From assembly GCA_965262395.1 (NCBI GenBank), contig OZ253531.1, positions 528,838 to 592,837 on the forward strand: a stretch of 64,000 nt of DNA. Direction: 5' to 3'. The position numbers were made by a program, and so were the translations under genes. The notes under the pieces are model-generated. The model saw only the letters and a program-made list of their open reading frames with translations. It ran no database searches and was not told where the DNA came from. This DNA comes from Rickettsiales bacterium. GTDB lineage: Bacteria; Pseudomonadota; Alphaproteobacteria; Rickettsiales; Anaplasmataceae. Below, piece after piece: positions 49,601 to 53,882 of the stretch (position 1 is its first letter; each line of letters opens with the position of its first letter).

Positions 49601-50936
49601 TGCTATATCATCCCTTTTGGAGTCCCTGTATAAGGAAAGAGAGCAGTTAGCATTAATAAAACGTGCTGATGAGCAAAAGATTCTTTCTATAGTGCATAGT
49701 GAATTAGAAGATTGTGTGTTTAATTTAAGTAGTGCAATGTTATCAAAGGGATATTGTTTGGGGCTAATTAATGAAAATGTTCTAGACGAATTTAAGGATT
49801 TTCTTCGTAATGCCCAGCTGCCTGCAGCAGATAACCCATCATATCAGATAATATTAAGGGCAAAAACCTCGTTAAGTAAATTTATAGAAGCTATAATGTC
49901 TTTGGATAGTGCGAGCCACTCTATTCAAGATGAGGTAAAGGCATTAAGAGAAGAATTTTTGCAAGATCTATTTACATATTTTACTGAGTTTAATAATATT
50001 GATCATCCTAATACTCAGGTGCTTTGTATTACTTGTGAATCTCTTGGTGTTGAGCCCATTCTAAGAAAAGAACTTAATGAATTCCAAAAATATATACATT
50101 CATTCAATGGTCAATTGATAGACGATATATCTAAGTCGAATAAGAACGTTGGGGGTATTGCCGATAGGTGCAATGTTTTAATTATTGGAGGTATTCGAAA
50201 AGCAGGGAGAGACTTTACAAGCAGTATGGAGAAATTAAATCCAAATAATGATAATACTACCAGAATTAATGAGTTATATAGTGATTGGTCTGATAAAATA
50301 TATAAATCTTTCATTCAATATTGTCGAGCAAAAGATAACGAGTTGTTCCCGAGCGTTTCTTCGAACTTTGACTCCTCTTCAGAAGACGATATAGACCAAT
50401 TACAGGAATATCAATTAGCATTATTCAGATCTAAGCCTTATTTGGAAGGCAATAATGATACTAATACCGTATGTACCCGCTATGCTTTATTACAGCGTAA
50501 AAATATTTTACATAAATTGAATGCTCCTAATCTTAGCGAATCTAAGAAACAGAGTTTATTAGTCAGTTTATATGACGGAGGAATAAGTTTCTGCCATGTA
50601 GAAAATGAAGCAAACTTGGGTGCAGACGATGTGGAGATAGGCAATGAAGAAGGCTCATTGAAAGGAAGCGGATCTTTCTCTAGTCTATCATCTTGTAGCA
50701 ATGATACTTCAGAACGGGGATCTAGATCGAGGTACGGGAGCTTAAGATCTTTAGGCTCTGAAACATCTTTTGAGGGTGAAGAAGAACAATCATTGACCAA
50801 TAATCCAGCAAGATTCCCTCCAGCAACACTTCTAAGTGCTGATGAGAAAGATGCAGGGACACCTTTACACTCTTCTTCTGGTACTACGCCAGAAGAGGAT
50901 CGGGATTATCCTGATCAGGGATCACGTTCTGCATAA
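31626..50936 (+). CDS. giant membrane-anchored protein (about 6,436 aa) with a C-terminal SecA-like ATPase motor domain
   Basis: Uninterrupted 19.3-kb ORF (opens at TTG 31596; ATG 31626 follows aggattagga). TM anchor IAIIISSILLLLIAIAIAIIFAVIF followed by SKIKNKTLQSSRQRRQK. SecA motifs lie near the C-terminus. The tail is Ser/Glu-rich. Confidence 0.85.
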   Translation: MSIKHLGSRNIAIIISSILLLLIAIAIAIIFAVIFSKIKNKTLQSSRQRRQKLSAMGIAEKLKAMTEKETVSVLKDFIKSDAEGVPEIVRFCATDPKILGRLNKNEHDTLLKKIYTQVDGRVDIQGLLKKKINIDNVADVALDNYGTSDEFLTATLALINAGSDIKASSIAEKIIYAIAPGDWYTADIKFDEIMTPKLLQVLFSTDKENQSVFAEVLKQIVARAPDEDSVEQYSQEAYNFLQRIIVHSAVNNHLKVKDIHLIVQYIVHTTNDPMRISELINDLADGLQKARSANDNSFFGVDPEQHKYVQSMLVHLFCGVYNELEKKLTEVLDIIKEHGNQNGEYNTRHHALQMSFLRIIPFTNLSFLLPSQPADDHSVVDKNILQLFMILCIHNADIDGNTCTSSFLDPGSVDGLNKERPIDTASINGILIKLSCYSQLIKLIDALLMHKLIDINELASISAAAPTQRSLIYLEEVTSTLFSEDISALLIKILTHDSCSEVSKKYIMKECTDHIKSERFEDNISNICIFVNQLILLGKDGNDWVNEGLFNIFPILMEHSLTPCLKKDCYETVCNLALYLATIANDKCIKILHAGQADLHAQLDGVRVDNGSRTVEDDDVRKNIKQQINNSTMIILACEAKRYVGATPDAQNSQTKDSDNAFALALHLMNVVFVEKKLSFEDLVAIMHIARNNQDKDNLLGMIFHDQDNRLGSTLHDQALVVDGYDDRCDGMMRMALFCIENMIFLSDPTHLAGLIGINSAGQEGRDALNKAQELIQQDGGVFFGDDEKSCAQWARAGANEVACLIHIAKTLRLASIETVSFPNDPRWIDSLEDGMSTTNDDVMTYEQWNDLCKYLSERNKPHLLVPILLYLYKMNAVAQNNQDGDSIDIGNYLAVISLMVDSKAEEDHLFFELTDSWQHFSDQIKENFNEFLKFMCDCVNKSQDQGRRDRLYKSNIFRMLLECAADSNVAVNFSNQNLVRFLLCGAEERKEHEERALAESEYLYELRGRVALRYLEASFVKNSYESSIGTDDEGTPVSVVNMSHEKEVEIDCEKRIDSIIQMNLDHPESNLISALTNLLHQKEGALSAEMKKRAVSIETLLRSNIEKQEGDENVPEVGDDPAEEEQLSVAEKVSKLNQSITLLTVDQQKYYKLLSTMFDHIVNNLMIHYENCKEYLCAIIPCPEDEGADRDEKVGSQRKHEIFLYMYKKLGIFLMQRSMVPYRNPDQSTLSYNEIRIKILGDILELLNSRKQTKVIQGVSCMVFGYFVSTIGSIESEQVDEYIKYINRALVVFSQYDDGFDQLNIATFVLDSYIICCNKGANNANALIHDISMVGIEISFVSDCIVYLKKLDRKNKVNELYESILDIVRTSATASDSKNIPVIYLSIMSGLRYPDVNNMQNLEGADDITEAADNCSDLSSKMFLAMVDKGYDIYSLITRIINDINADTFIVDKAERLKNFALCVFNTGNREAILAVGTLLVFSDDVIDTSQYLEEDQTREMTSYFARAFFKTYGTMPMVEDQHTDRFNQLIGKLKCNKDKLMTVFNIAKYAVVDCGLERNNLYKKESFYSTSLINLLFGNENKNENELASYDLTFLLCFIEPLMNDEHHDMHRLMGCDENGVNQLMCNYALALQGGNLSWFRLLENELLVTEPVPEFIKQVLGIENDYKFPTVVNGKVKGIDLLCAVIPDDLTVVPEYVKRLMNNLAKVICSTNNFAVSFCHGHHFSQSSYSKLFQKKILLDDNNRLTDFACSVFHSVDRSKENPLNICVTVDGEIKPLISVILEVSHDVDPKLLDYLLKDNNNVPYVSSDSKSPNCMPMIRDGIECTEEIRLAKLTILKHQIIKKLNKDPLSDISVDNFGAICDKAITYMNEEETEKFIEDVLREFFESFAHEATEDHDKECERFLKAVPLLNIFFKKYSASTRTIDFSKCAGFSNCMARYIPMCSAHNATEVVSLLNSLTTITGNKVAQDIKIKDPNSSSVTCLDKVWLSYAVELINSPSAEGQQKFVMLRALLEFQDYRNGLNVDRMSFLFQLLNDNGKYKGIGGLESYIANIASKKEETNDAKDRQDRERNDRNIHRFFLHNSAVSEEDKLYVHEVLQDIILELSNAKKANDAVVQDIGKMISAWIEEIELLSLESVHSLAMGLFYVSNHMDDEFIQKLLLLIYRDIELSIDNKKVDGLQSIFNMVLMLAIESKISSGQELIETLDNICSKKVTELTDNMKQNVLTIFCTFIDGLKNHDNPKIDCMIMLSPISKLINYLELVGGGHIFNDATIGEKPIQKMIRYKSITYFVFIAEILTFYKKKGASSTLPSEKEIKDLIALLKKNNQKINCAGLVNINQGLSPCITEKGFDVIIRNILTHEGGLEVAIDLMKNAFSTEGKEYGGIFMDISAENGTYTSLIQIVHEIQDPVLSELFLQKMNEEIAKGYCLYPMNESIREDKIQCLLSLMYTEPKMVLPLVRKMCIIQNSRVSNSDTPPVLKEFVYITHNCHGDELSFLRILQCSILGEADDAQREEVMNVLCEMVNTYDLPIAGNIIDIDILRILDFCLIQKDMPLHKIDKGLSKVCKIHNCSIWGIKAVGGQSIFSTVLKQMRKNVTLIQSNKETPGFRVSISNLMYMLCNFDMTKYPDHNDEAYLANKKDYDVALGLLIDLAHISLHDGYGSIISLNEKFDIGNGRSISLLEIPNVAASFMGMKPLHVRKTPALKEGAQKTPALKEGAQKTLALKEGTQRTPELMVKARTNFLSNVDVLLLTHSQNVALEKYDDYLEYLFICYEQASNIQDHERLDVLKKSFASFLQAIVDNNLPLYAEFRYKFYNMFILCINSGDKDCFNNFSTIIKRVVPNEQSCFSYLSNNKLDNELGAEDTTVASFIRLLLIRQYNEVSNIDSVMISNFVGRLVRSKVELEDQRMLDILFSLVTLQSYLLDLELKNDPTYMHGKCTVKYCMNEVMDQFIGFFDGCNESSFGRQNDKTIDINHSVPWDLIFRVRVGSPQRNMFASFFEGAIGSIFSNHAVSNAEIAQNQDYWNGLLAHPHRGKVVYSSAVISFLRRETLQSGDVDEKLNNILEAVVTALNHEHIKGHVQDVLAMDTEVFRLLIEAGLFNIINDNSIDTVEDKFKRFVYVLEKLHLDQHINVLLGAENNKCSVMSIINKHLHINNDEMIPLEFAELFVDKFKPDTHLANDFVIESTEKAPQKEGAYGVIDKKASCEDIVFTNKPVSAISNIILDVGKRATVAVDINVNVEVGQELVMEAEVEVGAEVDVQQEETRQVQVGNTTVAGFIRKTVYRIAFGDDSKFGESNDLIFVKDNKFLDHVVKRLEHFVENNQIIIDDAAIKYIVELARNKEYVPINSIEQLTVLFPGLKLVEYKAENSGGRSTYHISYDKEKAEFASKMSTGGRDFWGAVKIPDDLVIRNIYQGYRSGFSNISSIAKEIWGDGNPNLKKILEKYRGLFDTKFKGNTLDDSTVFYVIQFLCVIYTKSNNIQSSDERLFLSEQLSMFDNLLGTISRTLDSGVIFYSQRMDEYSNHCVSQMNSTQEVFDFNAILEPLAEMSDQALNPDSDRSADDFTSKLYSFARALSRSNDETTINHAVEHIKQWVSTSCNLDLFVSAEYFIGMTSYMREKFRLASRDGKVLTGEDKSTTISNKGYASHPLLHSLLRGDCDLASIYGHIGLWPDYTEGRGADFESYGNEILHISRRCITLCADIINFSGNDIHTLGHQVIELSNYIVKLKDLMKVIEEAIKPSPENMKVKFLISKSAEYLAQSKLFTYNEIIGQHLSRTPATNLEGNGTIKERLKATFASKDKEVIRFSENGKQMIAVDLQKSLSVALATVRFNAISYEVCKDEQNHHLVDVTWPMDAKGFAGNPTVGMYASNDTVWHNKRALYNELYARAPFMIQELAISYFCDFLYTEQHGQDDGSRQSLSKAMENGESVIFFEESEANKVQAVFAKFNKDFAAQGAAIFYDMMIERIVTNVQKCVQNAIESAGGKIVLADGSSYTGSKDFFKIRYGSEEIVKALKYDPCNLYYFLECYCNPDFAINNKKRMVTTGRAVDARFARPEFDPLVLVKELDAYFLNMRLSYRRYSTYKVTQIAYESVVPKEYLDAWKQCKLLSQQILGAHDCAGDVFSKSLEVKRLEVSLGVFNQKFKQNTKSSMDLRGILNELVAIVKEECCSAMIVRKIINAVHSADNFYDIIELKNLLSQMKNNGRLKIFLDIISAGDNPGVGASNRDCNMKGNLLFLIKNNAIKDGVLQLAECNDDVFSLWQMMYNNEFGRKGYVDIASFIQSFKFLKGMLGSIAQIMSSQPDKYKEIETSLINMVSNNGIGVLSSLYSLVTLAGTNLCHQMDVIDSVPIEYNAVTLGCLNALSSGIIAVHDYMALNEEDLVISNDRKHGKSVNAILGMRSDETTISTQNLLSIKFDVNCSKVEKNYNRAMLAALTRCIGCQIPIGHCIEFFNMLYVPGAKIVFHNEIAVDSNFAQKQKDLSDRIQEQEQLLSPRYRFELGRMVVCASMNDLDSFDLTKGLSPNIVLYFASLNDTVKDSLITYVNEHSISIRSLEDIIKELAIHTSIFVETNGSCVLEKAHLQQSLLSVDSIRFLQAQKQKGFAALYSTNDNKQDIAELKARIGELCEQRKSVIAEIKAIADELELASKRQGAGPVDQTKVQAKELKEESLRSLQEDISKLQNQFSETIAVMNQKYFLRYEVNCIKEKEAKELRGVDINPSADRVEVFSTFDKMMGTLDDNTDLEFRSDVLKSLHARLSTKLLGQCKEHLQKRINTIRTFQNNWKKLIASLSKHLVYQMTELRKLINSSQSKKCAVGLAKLLEEFCKHYSEITALPYLKLNTEDNRGGPLENISQLFTSITNYCSTYKSCPFSYEGNIDSGEYEKWYQTVSKTINDFRYLLLTTLKTVWYDPLIADVDVLNKVKKDMDCLLWDKVCSVKPCQAHSDCYHESAVQDPLKLLCMIDSESINIDNGWVANLGDSLTAYDAVLDREARLLEAEQKMLNALPLDPAKQTEAVDFFLQVGKKDDAVKSTYERLYQEIQWNVFGRNIDDLDGKTSYHRTLISSIQNSMLLGDYDKLSENTGKPTAIIRPVLDTKFLFVILKQMNEYMGKLSSEDWQLYYYTRYFNNPEPGSFKKVTSCLEGNYNIICQEIQKFINQFAHDSEHTIVVNLRNILAEFQKNKRFIDIATALSGGSNQQGPWAVDLPHIATVLEREKLTLDTLYKSISEMFSTVSAGLEEISSLIPSMSNKDRAFTMVRKTVNEALVAKEVESTIVLATPVTQEMVGFSIQALIITAHQESQDQVECEQEIKKSRAVLDERTYLLGIKPEDRPDECEVKPLKLSGGKIYTKVKSFQWIKQTIQADDITDRDVNQNTMMMVDVHSLLSYANDQNLEKKSIQDIQEILATLKEEYNNSSTCGEGLDKNEYIITTKIKMLACLSELFFRSTKKVDTLGTMPNMAQFLVLLHNIRASGDGGTMSQVDTGEGKSLIIVISAVISAICGEKVVCVTHNKPLAVEAQQRYSIFMQNVNLTQSAITSPSDKNYDSNITYVPIDKLVADFTIDRGLPKEKQCLRRHLKKNSKMMVVVDECDFVLLDKDSSSNHRLSCSLPTEDEKKLLDIRIAVLKFLNSDLYKEGTYKSKEELLSMLRYWVYQYINDDDMKSIFNSVSNNEWLHDTISSFLSAYDLTEDQDFTVALFRKDSDGEVYKISPVAINSGRRGENSSFSHGVSTALAIILKNSKKHKGKKIIVPSNSLVTDVTNVGLTFKQMQDAGDVRFSLLSGTIGSDTEIEEMSKALNINNVCKVPRNDGKSKLSKEAIQSVEKDKIDTIVMIEIMKVIAIRPVLIIVNTIAEANALRTYVDNNKLLIGNSKIKQVLSITDTELSKGNFLSTELYNITEAAKIGSVTIATQAGARGTNITPESNALKNGGLHVVIIDDLTCGERANRQAEGRSARQGQPGSVARYVVREKLAKLQPRSKERAISSLLESLYKEREQLALIKRADEQKILSIVHSELEDCVFNLSSAMLSKGYCLGLINENVLDEFKDFLRNAQLPAADNPSYQIILRAKTSLSKFIEAIMSLDSASHSIQDEVKALREEFLQDLFTYFTEFNNIDHPNTQVLCITCESLGVEPILRKELNEFQKYIHSFNGQLIDDISKSNKNVGGIADRCNVLIIGGIRKAGRDFTSSMEKLNPNNDNTTRINELYSDWSDKIYKSFIQYCRAKDNELFPSVSSNFDSSSEDDIDQLQEYQLALFRSKPYLEGNNDTNTVCTRYALLQRKNILHKLNAPNLSESKKQSLLVSLYDGGISFCHVENEANLGADDVEIGNEEGSLKGSGSFSSLSSCSNDTSERGSRSRYGSLRSLGSETSFEGEEEQSLTNNPARFPPATLLSADEKDAGTPLHSSSGTTPEEDRDYPDQGSRSA
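39741..39840. repeat. intragenic 3.3 x 30-bp repeat encoding (K/R)TPALKEGAQ
   Basis: aaaacacctgctttaaaggaaggtgcacaa starts at 39741, 39771 and 39801, with a partial unit at 39831. Confidence 0.85.
48000..49560 (+). other. SecA-type DEAD motor region (NBD1, PPXD-like insert, NBD2) inside the giant ORF
   Basis: QVDTGEGKSL (48096..48125), VVCVTHNKPLAVE, NITYVPIDKLVADFTIDR, VVVDECDFVLLDK (48411..), INSGRRGENSSFSHGVSTALA, LLSGTIGSDTEIEEMSKALNINNVCKVPRN, RPVLIIVNTIAEAN, VTIATQAGARGTNI (49374..49415), GGLHVVIIDD...RQAEGRSARQGQPGS (..49541). Confidence 0.75.
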
Positions 50937-51350
50937 TTGTGTTTTCGGGTTTTAAGTTTAAATGCGCCTTCATCTTTTAAGGGAAAAGAAAGAAGAGGAT
51001 CGGGATTATCCTGATCAGGAACCACGTTCTGCATAATTGTGTTTTCGGGTTTTAAGTTTAAATGCGCCTTCATCTTTTAAGGGAAAAGAAAGAAGAGGAT
51101 CGGGATTATCCTGATCAGGAACCACGTTCTGCATAATTGTGTTTTCGGGTTTTAAGTTTAAATGCGCCTTCATCTTTTAAGGGAAAAGAAAGAAGAGGAT
51201 CGGGATTATCCTGATCAGGAACCACGTTCTGCATAATTGTGTTTTCGGGTTTTAAGTTTAAATGCGCCTTCATCTTTTAAGGGAAAAGAAAGAAGAGGAT
51301 CAGGATTATCCTGATCAGGGATCACGTTCTGCATAATTGTGTTTTCGGGT
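50891..51350 (+). repeat. about 4.6 x exactly 100-bp tandem repeat; the first unit holds the last 15 codons plus stop of the giant ORF
   Basis: agaagaggat is at 50891, 50991, 51091, 51191 and 51291. Each unit ends ...cacgttctgcataa and is followed by 54 nt of spacer. Confidence 0.95.
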
Positions 51351-51521
51351 TCTATGGTTATGAATTCGGTAAGATAATTGATATTATTAGTTTTTTTTAC
51401 ATTGTTTTTTATATTAAAATATACAGAATATTAATACAAATATCATATTATTCTATCAATAAACTGGGGGCTCGGTTACAATTAAGTGTTGTATCATGTG
51501 TGTAATTGTTGAGTTTGAGTT

Positions 51522-53123
51522 ATGGGCATTGTCTTAAATAAGAAAACAATAAGTATAATTGCTGCTTCTGCGGCATTACTGGCTATTATCTTTTTAATAG
51601 TAGTAGGGTCTCTTATTGCTGCTGGTGTATGTAAATATAGAGGAAAACATATCAGCAAAGATGAGAAAAACGCTAAGAGAGAACGTGCTGCTGAATTACT
51701 GTTAGCAAAAATGGAACCAAAAGAGGAAGAAGAAGTATCTGATGATGATAAAAAAATACCTAAGTCTCAAAAGGTTGCTGAGGCCTTGATCCATGCTTAT
51801 CCAAATAATTATAAGGGTCAGAAGTTAGACAGGTACGAATATCCTAATGTTCTTACTGGTGTTAAATTCTCTAGGACTTTTATGGATAGAGCTTTGATCA
51901 ATAATGATAGGGAATTAACAATACAAACTTACTGTCCTGCGAATATTTTAGACAAAGAATTGCTTAAGTCATATAGGTCTTACTATTCGAGAAATAATGA
52001 CCCAGACTCTAAGGAATCTGAATCTGAATCTGAATCTGATCTTCGCAATTATACTGGAAAGGCAGTAGAAACATTGCAAGTTTATTTTGATCCTTCTAGT
52101 AAAATGCTGATGTTATTGGCGGATCAAGATGAGTCGAAAAAAGAGCAGAAAGTAGGGGCCAATGCCTATTTACATGGCTTTAAACGAGACAACGATGTTG
52201 GTTCAGATGGGTTTTATTTAGTTGGAAATATGTTTAATGGGCATAGTCCTGGCGAGGACTTTGCTATTACTATTGATGATCTAGATAGGGCGGTTAATCA
52301 AGGAGAGATATTTGCCTTGCCAGCTAGCAATGTAGATGATTTCTTCGCTAAAGATGAGGCTAAAGATGGGAAGGAGGAATGTACAGATTTATACTATATA
52401 AGGCATGATTTTGCGATTATGAGACGGCTGAATTGTCATAATTCACAACATGATAAGTCAGTGAAACATGGTTCTCATGCTTTATTCACAGGGATTTATT
52501 TAGATAGTGATGCAGTAATTAATAAAGATAATAATTTGTTTAAGGACGGACATGAGAATGCCTTTACGCATGATGAAATGAGTAAAATTATTAAAGAGCA
52601 TAAAATTAGTATTAATTATCGTGATAACTCATCTCACCCTCCTGTATTTACTGAGAATATTAAGAAGCAGCGTGCATTAGTTGGACAGGGTAATTATGAT
52701 AGAAGATTTTCTACGCAGGCATTAAAGAAAGGTATATATTTTTTAGAAGTTAGCAGAAATAAGGATGATACGGAAAATGAATTTCATATTGGTTATTCTC
52801 GTGATTCAGGAGAAATATTAAAGGAAGCGAGTAAGGTTGTTAGTGATTTGCTAGGTGGTAAGAGCAAGAAATTGAGTGACGCAAAAGAAGAGTTGATAGA
52901 AAAAAGAGAGAATATCTCTTTCTGTCGAGATGAAGGATATGTCGTAAAAGATCCATTACGTGTGTATTCTTATATGCAGGTATCTTTGGAAAAGGCCTTG
53001 AAAGATGGATACTTAACACACGCAATACCAAAGCAGGAGAAGCCAGCAGAGCAGAAGAAGCCAGCGGAGCAGGAGAAACAGAGCAGCGGAGCAGGAGAAG
53101 CCAGCGGAGCAAGAGAAACCTAA
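51522..53123 (+). CDS. hypothetical N-terminally membrane-anchored protein (533 aa) with a C-terminal (E/K)KPAEQ repeat; the tail probably continues to 53241 in the +1 frame
   Basis: TM ISIIAASAALLAIIFLIVVGSLIAAGV followed by KYRGKHISKDEKNAKRER. No motif recognised in the body. 18-bp repeats at 53037..53120. Confidence 0.7.
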   Translation: MGIVLNKKTISIIAASAALLAIIFLIVVGSLIAAGVCKYRGKHISKDEKNAKRERAAELLLAKMEPKEEEEVSDDDKKIPKSQKVAEALIHAYPNNYKGQKLDRYEYPNVLTGVKFSRTFMDRALINNDRELTIQTYCPANILDKELLKSYRSYYSRNNDPDSKESESESESDLRNYTGKAVETLQVYFDPSSKMLMLLADQDESKKEQKVGANAYLHGFKRDNDVGSDGFYLVGNMFNGHSPGEDFAITIDDLDRAVNQGEIFALPASNVDDFFAKDEAKDGKEECTDLYYIRHDFAIMRRLNCHNSQHDKSVKHGSHALFTGIYLDSDAVINKDNNLFKDGHENAFTHDEMSKIIKEHKISINYRDNSSHPPVFTENIKKQRALVGQGNYDRRFSTQALKKGIYFLEVSRNKDDTENEFHIGYSRDSGEILKEASKVVSDLLGGKSKKLSDAKEELIEKRENISFCRDEGYVVKDPLRVYSYMQVSLEKALKDGYLTHAIPKQEKPAEQKKPAEQEKQSSGAGEASGARET

Positions 53124-53276
53124 GCCAGCATCATCAGCAGATCAAGGTAAACCAAATTCTTCTATTGTTGGTGTTGTTTCTGGGCATGAGGAAAATTTGG
53201 TGCCTGTAGTTCCAGAAAATGCTCCAAAGATAGGGCATTAAATTAGGAACAAAGAAATTATAATGAATATTATTCG

Positions 53277-53743
53277 TTATAATATGAAGTGAATGGCATA
53301 TATTCATCCCCTTTCTGTAGCTATTTGGCTGATCTAAGGATGCTTTATAATATGAAGTGAATGGCATTATTCATCCCCTTTCTGTAGCTATTTGGCTGCT
53401 AAGGATGCTTTATAATATGAAGTGAATGGCTATTCATCCCCTTTCTGTAGCTATTTGGCTTCTAAGGACGCTTTAATATGAAGTGAATGGCATATATTCA
53501 TCCCCTTTCTGTAGCTATTAGGCTGATCTAAGGATGCTTTATAATATGAAGTGAATGGCATTATTCATCCCCTTTCTGTAGCTATTTGGCTGATCTAAGG
53601 ACGCTTTATAATATGAAGTGAATGGCATTATTCATCCCCTTTCTGTAGCTATTAGGCTGATCTAAGGACGCTTTATAATATGAAGTGAATGGCATATATT
53701 CATCCCCTTTCTGTAGCTATTAGGCTGATCTAAGGATGCTTTT
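53277..53743. repeat. 7 x 61-68-bp intergenic tandem repeat
   Basis: atgaagtgaatggc occurs at 53284, 53352, 53417, 53478, 53546, 53613 and 53680. Confidence 0.9.
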
Positions 53744-53882
53744 TGTACTAAATTTTTGTCCGTTAAATTGTATTTTCAACATCTATTAAATGCTAGACTA
53801 GTGTGCTTTATAAAAATAGTGCAAAGCAAATAATATGTTCTTTTATTACTCCAGACCGTCTATAAGCCCAGGTATAGGAAGT

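Noticed and set aside
36570-50800. About 20 minus-strand ORFs of 60-146 aa inside the giant gene (for example 41178..41618 and 47852..48283)
   Set aside because: They are typical antisense open frames in AT-rich coding DNA. Their composition is Ile/Phe/Asn/Leu-rich junk, all are fully nested in the long sense ORF, and none has RBS context.
53134-53367. Minus-strand 77-aa ORF
   Set aside because: It starts inside the 61-68-bp repeat array and overlaps the probable +1-frame continuation of the 51522 gene tail. It is a repeat artefact.
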